Positions 11,863 to 22,929 of a stretch of DNA of 64,000 bases are shown in pieces. The notes beneath the pieces were generated by a model that made no database searches, was not told the origin of the DNA, and saw only the letters and a list, made by a program, of their open reading frames with translations. Position numbers and translations under genes: made by a program. Numbering within the stretch: the stretch's first letter is position 1; each line of letters starts with the position of its first letter. Origin of the DNA: Nymphaea colorata (lineage: Eukaryota); the NCBI RefSeq assembly GCF_008831285.2, contig NC_045138.2:10354001-10418000 (forward strand). The letters run 5' to 3'.

Positions 11863-12899
11863 ACTTGGATACATTTCTCTCAAATGGAATTACATGTAAA
11901 GCTTTAGTTAGAATATCAGCAGTTTGGTCTTCAGACTTCATGTATGGTAATGTTAACTCCCCGACATCAATTCTTTTTCTGATGAAGTGACGGTCAATCT
12001 CAACATGCTTTGTTTGATCATGAAGCACTGAATTGTTAGCCAAGTTAATCGCAAACTTGTTATCACAATACATCCTCATAGGCCCTTCAATCTCTATCCC
12101 AATATCAGTCAGCAAGATCTTTAGCCACAACAACTCTGATACTCCAGTAGCAACTGCCCTATATTCAGCCTCTGTACTTGAGCGGGAACAGACATCTTAT
12201 CTCTTGCTTCTCCAAACAATTAGATTTCCCCCCAAGTAAACGCAATACCCTGAAGTAGATCTTTTGGTGTCAACACAGCCTGCCCAGTCTGCATCAGGAT
12301 ACCCTGCAATTTCTATAGACCTTTGTTTCACATATAGAAGTCTCTTGCCAGGATTCTTATTTAAGTAACACAGGATTCTATTTACAGCCTTCAAGTGCGC
12401 ATCCGTAGGTGCATGCATAAACTGGCTCATCACATTTACAGCAAAGGTGATATCCGGTCTAGTCAGAGTGAGGTATATCAATCTACCAACTAGACGTTGA
12501 TATATCCCTTTAGCTTCTTCACACAAAAGTTCTCCATCCTTGTTACCGAGTTTGTGCCCAACATCCAGAGGAGTAGAAGCTGGTCTGCATCCCAGTTTTT
12601 CTGTCTCCTTCAGTAAATCCAAGGTATACTTCCTTTGATTAAGCACAAGAGTTGTACTTGATCTAGCAATTTCAATACCAAGGAAATACTTCAGCTTGCC
12701 AAGGTCCTAGAGATCAAATTCAGCCGATAGTAAACCCTTTAATCTTGCTATCTCTTCTTCATCATCACCTGTAACAATCATATCATCAATATAAACCAAC
12801 AATAGAGTAACTTTACCCTCTATCCTCTTTACAAACAGGGTATGATCTCTATTTCCTTGTTCGTAGCTATGCTTCTTCATAACAAGTCTGAGACGTTCA
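11819..12899 (-). pseudogene. Copia C-terminal RT and RNase H
   Basis: LLVYIDDMIV, TRPDITFAV, DADWAG, YCDNK, TKHVEIDRHF, QTADILTK. Confidence 0.92.
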
Positions 12900-15767
12900 T
12901 GTCACACCCCGACCTTTTGACACCCAAACGTTTTTTTTTTTTCCTAAACATAAAGCATCGAGGTGTGACTACTCTACAATTCAAAAGTGAAGGAGTCATA
13001 CCATTCAAAACAATGGGGCGAACTTTCATGTATATAATCATTTCAATTCATACAAAATCAGATCTATGTATAACAAAAATGCTTCAACCATATGATTGAT
13101 GTCTAACAAAAACAAGACATCAATACAAATGAACCAAGACGCGCCGGTACTAAACAAGAAAACAAAACCCAAAACCTCCCCAGTAGGACGTGAGTGAAGC
13201 CATCTGCTCAACCTGCTGCCCCGGGTCCGCCAAAACCTGAAAAAGAAAACAACTGAAGGCTTAGCCTTCGCAGTATTGCAACAAGCCAGGAAAATACCAA
13301 ACCCCATCATGTAGGGCTCAAATAAGAAAACAAATATCAAAATCATCCACCATCATGTCGTGTCACAGTATGATGCGTAAAGGCCACTTAATGGCCGCAC
13401 TAACACAATTTCAATCTCATGCAAGGCCTGCTTAAACATGACACTTGCATTCATATCATTCACATGCACATTAGTCATATACATTCAATCATATACATTA
13501 CATTTTCATTAACTTTAATGAATTAACAGTTCCTGTGGGTGCAACACAGGCACGTGCACACCATGGGTGGCCTACAGCCGAGAGACAACCCCCGTGGTGG
13601 CCCATAACAATATGGATCCATTTCATCCGCTGCAGCGGTAGAGCACTCATCCATGGATGTGTGAAGTCCAAGGAGAGATACTCAGCCTTCCCTAGGACAC
13701 CCAGGTTGGGAAGGCGGGAGCCCAACGCTCCAAGCACAACACACAACAGTACCCTGGGGCCTTGGACCGCCTGCGTTCCGACAGGCGAGACCAGTGGCAA
13801 AGGCGGGACGTCTCCCAAACACATAGCCACATCCCACTGGCCTCTCATCTCTTAATCATTCATTATTATCATTAGAAGAATGTATTCACAGATTGACTGG
13901 CTAGCTCATGAGGTTAGGACACTTCACGAGTGCACCCACACCTCCAAATGCCTCTACACGAGGTCTACTCATAACACTAACAATCATAGCTAGCCGTCAT
14001 ACAATATGGGTACAATTACCCTCCAATCTATTCATTTGCATTATTGCCCACAGCAATGAATATGCAACAAAATACAATATTCATATAAGTTATCACATCA
14101 ATCATATCTTTGAAAATCTTAGCCAAACCACAGAGAGTAGTCTCGATCTGCGATTGACTCGTAGCTGTCCAATGCAGTTATCATTCTATGATGCTTTCTA
14201 ATGCATAATTGGGGTCGAGGAGACACTCGACTCGATACCCCGCCTCATCTGTCCTAAACAGATATCAATTCTAGCATGCACATGCAAATGCGTAACCTTT
14301 TCAAAACAACTACTAATAACCTTTCAAACAATTCATATCGTATATCAAAGCATGAACAACATACATATACTCGTTCACAAGACAATCAATCAAGTCACAT
14401 CACAATCCTAGGATCCCATGATCCTAGGAGCACCCAATCACACATTTGCCTAGGCATGGATTTGCCTGGAATGTCGCCATACCTGTGGCGCGCTCACAAA
14501 ACTCTTCAAAATTCCTCGAGCTTCGAACTCAAGGTCGACGGGACGAGCCCGGTGCACCTGCAGACATAAACAAAAGGTAAGACTTTTACTAGTTACCTTA
14601 ACATTCCAAATAAAAACAAAACAAAATCATTGAGGCATATGTCATCGCCTCAAGAGGGTGTCGACGGGTGGTGTCGACCTACAAGCCCTCTAATAGGCCA
14701 CTACGCAACTTCTCGCCGTTTCCACCCAACGTCAAAACCCCAATGCTTCGATCAATCCATCCCTAACGCATTTCTCATAAACTTTCCTTTAGTTGAGGCG
14801 TCTTCCCAACATACACACCCTCTTCCTACTACACATACCACCCACGACATCAAGGGTGCTCCAAGCATTCCCCAAAGGCGGTCCTACGCTTCTCCACAAC
14901 GTCTCTAACTCTACCATGCTTCCCTATTGCATCGAAAATCAACTCATCATGCTTAAAAGATCATAATAAACATGAATCATCGCTTCCAACATGATCCTAC
15001 ACTTTCCCCAAAAGCAAAATTGCTAACATGCCTCCCAAATCCTCAATTCTAAATTCTAGCATGCTTAAACGATAATTATACATGCTCCAAAGGAAAATAT
15101 ACGACAATCTAAGCTCGATTTGACTTTGCTCACCCCAATTCAAGAGTCTAGGCTGCTGCAATCCTTCCGGCAGCCACCTCACAAGTCCAAACGGCCCCTA
15201 AACGGCTAGAATCCGTCAATGCCGCAACTACCACGTCTTCACTCCGCTGTTATGTGGGGAACAACTGCGTCCCTAAGCTGCATAATGACCAAAAAGCCCT
15301 AAACAAGTCAAAAATCAACCAACGAGAGTTCAGACGGAGTGGAGACACGGGCAGAGAGAGTAGGGCAAACCGAGAGGGGAGAGACGGTCGGAGAGAGAGG
15401 GTTCAGACGATGGAGGAGGAATCTGCGTAGGAGGGAGGAGGAAAAGGCAACGGAGAAGGAGGCGAGTGAAGAAGGGGGGGGGAGAGAGGAGAAGAAGCAG
15501 ACAGAGAGGGCGAGAGAGGAGGCTTACCCATGCTGCCGCCGTCGCCACCGCCGCCACTGTCGTCGCCGACGCACCGACCTCCGTCTTCTTCTTCTTCTCT
15601 GCGCTGTGCTCCGGACGTGGGTAAGGGAGAGACGCAAAAGGGGAAACGAGGGAGGAGGGGAACGAGAAAGGGGAGACGGGCTGCGGCGTCGGGCTCCTCA
15701 CGCGTGGAGCTCGGGTCCAGGTCTGAACCCTGACCCGACCCGTCCTGCAAAAAGGCCGACCGTTACA
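12900..15767 (-). mobile_element. Ty3/gypsy (Tekay/Del-like) solo LTR, 2868 bp, inserted in the copia RT
   Basis: Termini TGTCACACCCCG...CGTTACA. Perfect TSD GTTCA (12895-12899 / 15768-15772). Splits the RT motif LKQSP.AWFE|RL. Same family as 7048-10447. Confidence 0.9.
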
Positions 15768-18700
15768 GTTCAAACCATGCTCATGGAGACTGTTTGAGCC
15801 CATACAAAGCCTTCTTCAATTTACAGCATTTTCCAGGTCTCTAAAAACCCGAAAGCATACACATATATACTTCCTCTTCGAGATCTCCGTTGAGAAAGGC
15901 ATTTTTAACATAGAGTTGGCACATCTCCCATCCCTTCAGCACCGCCAAAAAAATAATAACTCTAACAGTCTTCATCTTCACAACTGGGGCAAACGTCTCT
16001 AAGTAGTCGATCCCATATTTCTGACTGAACCCCTTGGCCACCAGATGTGCTTTGTACTTCTCAATGTTCCCATCTGGGTTGTACTTAATGGTGTAGACCC
16101 ACTTTGACCCAACCAAATGAGCTGCTTCAGGAATCTCTACCACCTCCCATGTCTGATTTCTGTCTAAGGCCTCCATCTCTTCTTGCATAGCATGAGTCCA
16201 CTTGGGGTCACTCTGAGCCTCTATAACATTCTTGGGAATCACAGCAACAGACAAGGAGGATACAAAACATTTGTAGTCAATGCTCAATTTAGAGTAAGAT
16301 ACAAAGTTACCAATAGGGTGTTGGGTACATGACCTGACACCCTTTCTCAGGCCAATGAGAAGATCATCCTTTTCATTTTCTGTCTGACTTTCTCTCTCAA
16401 CAGGTTGCTTCTGAGCATGATTTGGGTCATCCAAGGAAGAAGTAGGATTGGGATTCGGAGTGGACTTCTCACCATCAATCACCTTGTCAGTACAAACTTT
16501 TCTCCTAGAATACACCTTCCCAAACAGACGATTGCATTCTTTTTCTGTCTCCATAGGACACTCTCCCTCCTTTCCCTATTCATGTACCTCAATAGACGTC
16601 TCATCCTCTTCTTTTCCAAGCATCTCAACAGATGGATTCTCTTCGCGCCTATAGTCCAGAAAATCTATAAACTGAATTTCCTGACTTGGAGAATACTCTT
16701 CCTTAGACATTGACTTCTCCCCCTGAAGAGAATTCTCACCAAAATAAGAGACATGTTCCAAGAATGTGACATCCTTGGTAATGTGAACTCGACCAGTGGT
16801 GGGATCTAGACATTTATACCCCTTTTGAGTAGGAGAATACCCAAGAAATATTCCCTTAATTGATTTGGGTTCAAGTTTTTTCACATTCAAACTGTGATTA
16901 TGAATAAAACACACACATCCAAAGACTCGAGGAGGGAGGTGAAAAGGTTGGCTACTCCCTGTAAGCATGGAGTAGGCTGTACGACCATTTAGCACTCGAC
17001 TAGGCATGCGATTAATCAAATAGGCACTAGTAATGACCGCATCTCCCCAATAATATTTTGGAAGATTCCTTTAGAACAATAAAGCTCTTGTGACATTTAG
17101 TAACTGACGGTTTTTTCTCTCGGCAACTCCATTTTGAGGGGGTGTATAACTACATGATGTCTGATGAACAATCCCCCTCTTTCGAAGGAATTTCTCGACA
17201 GTGAGACACATATAATCATGAGCATTATCAGACAGGAATGTCTTGACAGACTCACCATACTGATTTTCCACTAGGAGGATGAAGGTTTCTATAATATGAG
17301 GCACTTCGCTACGATCTTTCAACAGATAAATAAAAGTACACCTTGAATAGTCATCTATGAAAGTCATAAAGTACTGAAAACCACCACGAGAATGAATGCC
17401 TGAAGGCCCCCACACATCAGAATGAATCAAGGAGAAAGCTTTATTAGCACGACTATTTGAAATTGGATACGAAGCTCTAACATGCTTCGCAAACTGACAC
17501 ACATCACAAGATAACATGGAAATGTTTAAACTGGAACATAATTCAGGGAACAATTGTTTCAAAATCCCAAAAGGGAGATGGCCAAGGCGTTCATGCCAAT
17601 ACAAAAATAACTGACGACACTTCCTTCTTCTTCTCTGTCCTGCTGACTGCTGACATAAGGGTTGTGACAACGCGTATAGGAAGCCGATATAAACTATCAG
17701 ACACCAAACCAATCTCATTCTTCTTCCCTGTCACCAAGTCTTGCAAAACACAATGGTTTTCAGAAAATATAAGTTCACAGTTCAGTTCCTTGGTAATCTT
17801 GCTAACAGATAAAAGATTTAAGAGAAGATGGGGAACGTGCAAGGCACCATGCACTAAAAAATTGTTCAACAAAGAAAGACTCTCTTTCCCTGCCATAGAG
17901 GTAAAGGAGCCATCGGCAAGGGACACACGTTCCTTTCCCGAGTATAGCTTGTAGTCATGAAAGAGTTTGGGGTTGCCAGTCATGTGATGAGTGGCACCGC
18001 TATCAACAATTCACTCTCCCATGCAAGAACTACCTTGTTCACCTGAAACAGCCAGTGCCTGATTGACCTTCACCTCATCTGACGTGTCTGCCTGACCAAC
18101 ATTAATCTGGCTCAAATATGTTTGCAGCTCACGAATCTGTTCTGCAGAAATAGAAACTTTACCATCACTAGGATTCGTTGCATTCGAAACAGGCTTCTTC
18201 CCACCAGAAGACGTCCCCCTACTATTCTTCTTTTCTGGATGCAAGTCCCAACAAAAGTCCATAGTATGACCAAGTTTTTTGCAGTGTGTACATTTACGGG
18301 AAGAACGGGTAGTTCCCACAGAGGCGTTCATTGTGAGACATGGGATCCTCCTTTCTCCCACTTATGACCAGCCTCCTTTGCTCTTCAGCTTCAACACGGG
18401 AATAAACATCTTCAATACTGAATGATTCGTCAGAGTTAAGAATCTGACTCCTTATGTTCTCGAATTTATCGTTCAGTCCAGCTAAGAAAAGGAATACCCT
18501 ATTCTCCCACTCCTTGGCCATATACTGCATCTGGTCTTGAGCACAACTCCATGTAACATCAGAATGGTAGTCAAGATCCTCCCACTTAGATTTTAGTGTT
18601 GCATAGAAATCTGCGACCGAGAGATCCCCTTGTCGCAGAGCATACACGTCCTTTACCTGGTTGTCCTCAAGAAAACATGTATCCCAAGCCTATCCAGAGC

Positions 18701-18841
18701 AGGTTTGACCTTTCTCCCATTCACATATGCAATTCGTCCTCGACCAGCGATCCCCATAGTAATTGCAGCGGACCATCGTAGACAATTCTCCTTGGTAAGC
18801 CGAATGGTGGTAACTTGAACCGGTACATTATCAGTTCTCAT
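15768..18841 (-). pseudogene. Copia gag / protease / integrase / N-terminal RT, frameshifted
   Basis: ORF pieces: zinc knuckle CTHCKKLGH, IVDSGATHHM, WHERLGH...CDVC, IHSDVWG, QNGVAERKNR, SKWVYTIKY, KNAFLNGDLEEEVYM. Confidence 0.92.
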
Positions 18842-19556
18842 GGTCCCAACATCAGGCTAATCGGTATTGACTGTAGAGGAAGACGAGTCGTCCATGATCA
18901 CCAACTACAAACGGCTGACCAACAGAGGCACACAGCAGCAACAACCCCTGAGGACGGCACACCTAAGAGTCACCGACGGCAGAGAGGCTGCGATCACGTC
19001 GGGTAGTAGATGATGCAGAGACGCTGGAATCTGGTTGGACGGCGCTGGAGCCTGGTCGGCGACGCTGGAGCGATCAGCGGCGCTAGGAAAAAACAGCGAC
19101 GGTGCTGGAGCAGAACGACGGCACAACTAGGGCACGGGCGACAGAGGGCAGCGGCAGAGGAGCAGCGGCGGCGGAGGAGCAGCGGTGGCGGAGGAGCAGA
19201 GGGCAGCGGCAGACACGAGCGACGCAAAGGGTCTCAGGCGATGCAGCCGGGCGGCGGCGGCGGCAGCAGCAGCAGCAGGAAGTGGTTCAGGGTTGGAACT
19301 TCACAACCCTAAAAGAAATTTTCCAAGCTCGTCGGTTCTGATTCCATGTAGAAATAATAGACGCATAAGAACCAAAGATCGGACACAGATGTGACGTGGA
19401 AAACCCTCAACTAGAGGGAAAAAACCACGGGTGAAGAGGTCTGGTGCCCACTAGCCGCCAGACTCTCTCTCTCTTAGAAACTTCATTAACTTGCAAGATT
19501 AGGGTTTACAATGGATCGGGTCCAGACCCGGACCCATACATCAAGATCCGTCAACA

Positions 19557-19793
19557 AGAGCCAATGAAAACAAATGCCTAGTTATCCCTTAGGAGAGACA
19601 CTCCTTCAGTCAAATGACAAATTCATTTTCTCCAATGTTCTGCATCAAATTTTTTACACAAACACCTCGAAACCACCTCCATGACAGCGATAAACAAGCC
19701 TGGGGGGAGAGGATCTCCCTAACAGAGCCCCCTTTTCTTATAAAGAAAATCCCTGATGGTCTTGTTTATTTGAACAGCAAAAGAAGCAGTTTG
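19557..19793 (-). pseudogene. L1 LINE reverse transcriptase fragment
   Basis: Reads QTASFAVQIN...KRGLC*GDPLPPGLFIAVMEVVSR, matching the plant L1 RGLRQGDPLSPxLF motif. Confidence 0.8.
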
Positions 19794-19841
19794 CACTAGA
19801 GAAAAACATGAAAAAGCATCGCATTCTTTGGCAAAGATTAC

Positions 19842-20204
19842 CTCAAGATCAAGCATAAATTTGATTGCATTTGGTAATCTCTCTACACAGAGCTCAGTAA
19901 TAGGTATTGTTGCAGGACCAACTCCTTTTTCATGTACTCTGTCAACCAAAAAGAATTGACCAAAAAATGGTATGATGGTAGTAGGGCACTGTCAAAACAT
20001 TGAAAAGGAAAACCAGAAATGAGATGAGCCATCATTGCTTCAAGATTGAATACGAAGCATTCTTGAAAATGTGAATTCATGAATAATTAATCAAAAAATA
20101 ATGAAGGCTTGTATCTAGAAACGATGGTTTGATAAAGAAATGGAGATTCTTACCCCTCCATTCAATCCTGTGGCTGTTGTACCTGCTCCTCCATGAACAG
20201 ATGT
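19842..20204 (-). pseudogene. UGT80B1: Captured two-exon fragment of a sterol 3-beta-glucosyltransferase (UGT80B1-like)
   Basis: Exon ~20204-20154 VHGGAGTTATGLNGG|GTAAG. Intron. Exon 19988-19842 AG|CPTTIIPFFG.QFF..DRVHEKGVGPATIPITELCVERLPNAIKFMLDLE|GT. Matches the recalled UGT80B1 C-terminal domain. Confidence 0.8.
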
Positions 20205-20382
20205 TTCCCTATAGAAGACAGTTCTTTCAATAGCTACAACTGGCTCAACAGGTGATGTGTTGTCTATACTAATAAACAGAACAGCATACATGGAGCCCAT
20301 TGTGTTGAACAAATCTTGTTGCTTACCCCTATGAAGAATATTAAAAATGAGAAATCATATCCCTAGAATCTCTCCCTCCCTC

Positions 20383-20422
<40 letters not shown>

Positions 20423-20877
20423 CAACTCCATACATTTTCATGCCAATGTTCTAGAAAATAGCCCCAAACATCAAGGCTGTGAAGGTTGTGAATAAGACTG
20501 AGAGTGCTTTGTTGGAAAGTAAAGATCTTTAAGCCAAGTGGAGGTGAACTGAGCTCCTTTATCAAAGCCCCATCTCTCCTGCAGCCATTAGCACATATAA
20601 ATTATAAACTCATGAAAACCTTGGACAGGGGAGCTAATCGCTAAATATGATCCTACTTGTCTCTTCAACATGTTTCTTCAATACAACAAACTAATCTTGT
20701 CATATGGAAATATTAAGAAGAAAACTGGTTAAAATGCACTCACTGATACAGATTGGAGTTCCTGTAGATCTCAGCAAAGTCTAAACCAAGAATGATCTCT
20801 TGTGTCTCAGAGTTCACTTATATCATCCACGTTGCTGGATTCTACCTTTATTATATCCTGCTGATTCATTCGATGCC
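20205..20877 (-). pseudogene. Captured three-exon fragment of a full-size ABCG/PDR transporter
   Basis: Exons 20877-20744 (NPATWM...QEIILGLDFAEIYRNSNLY), 20578-20434 (ALIKELSSPP..KDLYFPTKHSQ/LFTTFTALMFGAIF, internal deletion) and 20328-20205 (QQDLFNTMGSMY..VLF...PVVAIERTVFYRE). GT-AG introns, several stops. Confidence 0.88.
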
Positions 20878-20955
20878 CTACAGTGTTTCACCACTTTATT
20901 TAACCTTGACACAAGCACCAAACTAAACTTGCATGTGGAAAATATATTTCCTTAC

Positions 20956-21185
20956 TTGGATCCGTAGTGGTGATGGAAGCTACTCCGTTGAAATCACAGC
21001 TACCAGAACTCATGTCTGTGTAATGGTAATAAGCTTTAAAAGCATATGGAGCATGGGCCTGAACCATATCTGCATCATAACATGATTGGCCCTGCAAGAT
21101 TCACTTGCAATCCACTTTCCCTAGTCAACAACCCCAGTCCAAGGCTGGCTGCAAGAGCTTTGGAGTATGTGTTCACTGGAATACC
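20956..21185 (-). pseudogene. Captured X8 (CBM43) domain exon of a beta-1,3-glucanase or X8-domain protein
   Basis: KLLQPALDWGC..GKVDC..LQGQSCYDADMVQAHAPYAFKAYY...SSGSCDFNGVASITTTDPS, ending at a GTAAG donor. Confidence 0.85.
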
Positions 21186-21429
21186 ATGATGCTTTGGAGT
21201 CCCAATATTATTCAACACATGCCGAATCAAATTGCTATATCAAAAACGACATTGCAAAGTAGCATATAGAAATCAAGAACTGATATAGGAGATAAACTGA
21301 AATTATAAGAAAACATATGTAAAACTAGGAAAACATGATTTCCTGATTTTGTCCAAATGCAAAAAAGAAATGTGTGTTCATCTATATCAGAAAAGAAAAT
21401 GAACACAAAAAATGAATGTGATTCCAAGC

Positions 21430-22640
21430 CTTATGCATCATCATCAAGCCACCCTTGTGCCTCCATGAACTGCTCTAGATGTTCTATTTTATGCTCCAGT
21501 GCTTCATTTTGTAGCATAAGTGACTTCTTGCTTGGTTTAGACCCATCAATATCTCCAACATGTGCACCAAGCCCATATGTACGAGCAGGCCCAACATAGT
21601 CCTCGGAAGCTCCTGTGAAAGTACATCACCAATATGTGCATTTGTTGGCTGTTGTGAAGCTTGGCCTCTAACTCTAGTCTGAAATACAAGAAAAAGATTT
21701 CAGTTTAGCATACATTTGTTTCAGAAAAATAAATAAACGTAAACCAACTCTACTTACAATAAAGGAGAAGTGTCTGGAAACCGCACACTTGTGTGGGTTT
21801 ACTCTCACAAATCAAGACGATGCATATCAATCCCATCACTGCCATCTGAAGACTACATGACAAGTAGATTATTAATATAGTTCTTATGATTAAATATAGA
21901 ACTAAAGTACATACTTTAACAAATTTTGTGAATAAGAACCAGTTCTGCATGAAAACATGATAAGCTCTTTGTCCGCAAAGTGTGAAGCATTGTCTATTGT
22001 GCACAATTGTTTGCAATTCTAATGCTTTGTGCGTAGAAATGAAAAAAGAAAATGAAACACTAATAATAATAACTAAATGCTAATTTGATTTATATAAAAA
22101 ATTAAACTTTAACTTCTCAAAATCAAAGTATTCCATGAGAGACTGCCACTGCTCTTGAGGTATCTCCTTGGGACAAGCTTGCAATCGTGCATATCGGTTA
22201 TCATGGATGTAGAAAAGATTTCGAGGGATGCTTGTCTATCCAGTCCACTTTTTCTTGAATGATTCCACATAACATCGAAAAGCCTCTCAAAGAACTCTCT
22301 TATTTGGGGGTTCAACCTTATTCTGCATGAGAAAAAATATAAATACACATTTATTTAAGATAATAAGTGTTCTTGAAAATGCCACAAATTGAAATAAATA
22401 CCTTGACTTGCAGCCATACATCATTTTGTAACTACTAGGCAACTCAATCAATGTATAGTAAACAAGTGGTGTCTCATCTGCATCTCGAGCTAGAACCCCC
22501 AAATATCACGACAAGTCTTTGGCATATGTGGCTGCCTCAATCTATTAATATGAAGAAGAAGCTTCTGTCCAGGAAGTAGCTTCACAATTGCCATTGCTCA
22601 ATTGGGACCTCGTGACTTCTTTCATTGTGCCCCTAAAACA
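21430..22640 (-). pseudogene. CACTA TnpA-like (second ORF) exon remnants
   Basis: Short exon-like blocks downstream of TnpD, including RGTM, GVLARDA..TPL.Y and GPARTYGLG followed by a coiled-coil-like stretch. Confidence 0.55.
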
Positions 22641-22929
22641 TGACAATTTATTACATGTAAATTTGTTATATGCATCATATCATGAATCAAGTTCTAAATT
22701 AAATCAATACGGAAAGCAACAAATACTGGAGCTCTCAGCACCGTCGGTCAAATATGGCTGACTACTCTGCAGGTATGCAAGACATCTGCAATTACAAATT
22801 AAAGAAAACCAAAGTTAAAAATTTAAAAACAGATAACATTTCTGCAAGATTCACTATAGTTGAATACAAATGAATAGATACTCACAACATTTATCAAAAT
22901 GTCTATCTGAGATTCACTATAGTTGGTGG

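Larger units (their letters stand above)
11416..19556 (-). mobile_element. Full-length but decayed Ty1/copia retrotransposon (short-LTR, Ale-like)
   Basis: LTRs 11416-11657 and 19347-19556 (TG...CA). PBS TGGAATCAGAACC (iMet-like, 2 mismatches). PPT TTGAGGGGGAG. TSD AGAGG/AGAGC. Gag-PR-INT-RT-RH order with frameshifts. Confidence 0.92.

Noticed and set aside
7048..15767. The two large gypsy-like LTRs as ends of one element
   Set aside because: They are in opposite orientation, clearly diverged, and each has its own TSD (TTCTT, GTTCA).
19842..21185. Intact resident ABCG, glucanase or UGT80 gene
   Set aside because: Only internal exons are present, with stops, deletions and abrupt switches between gene families.
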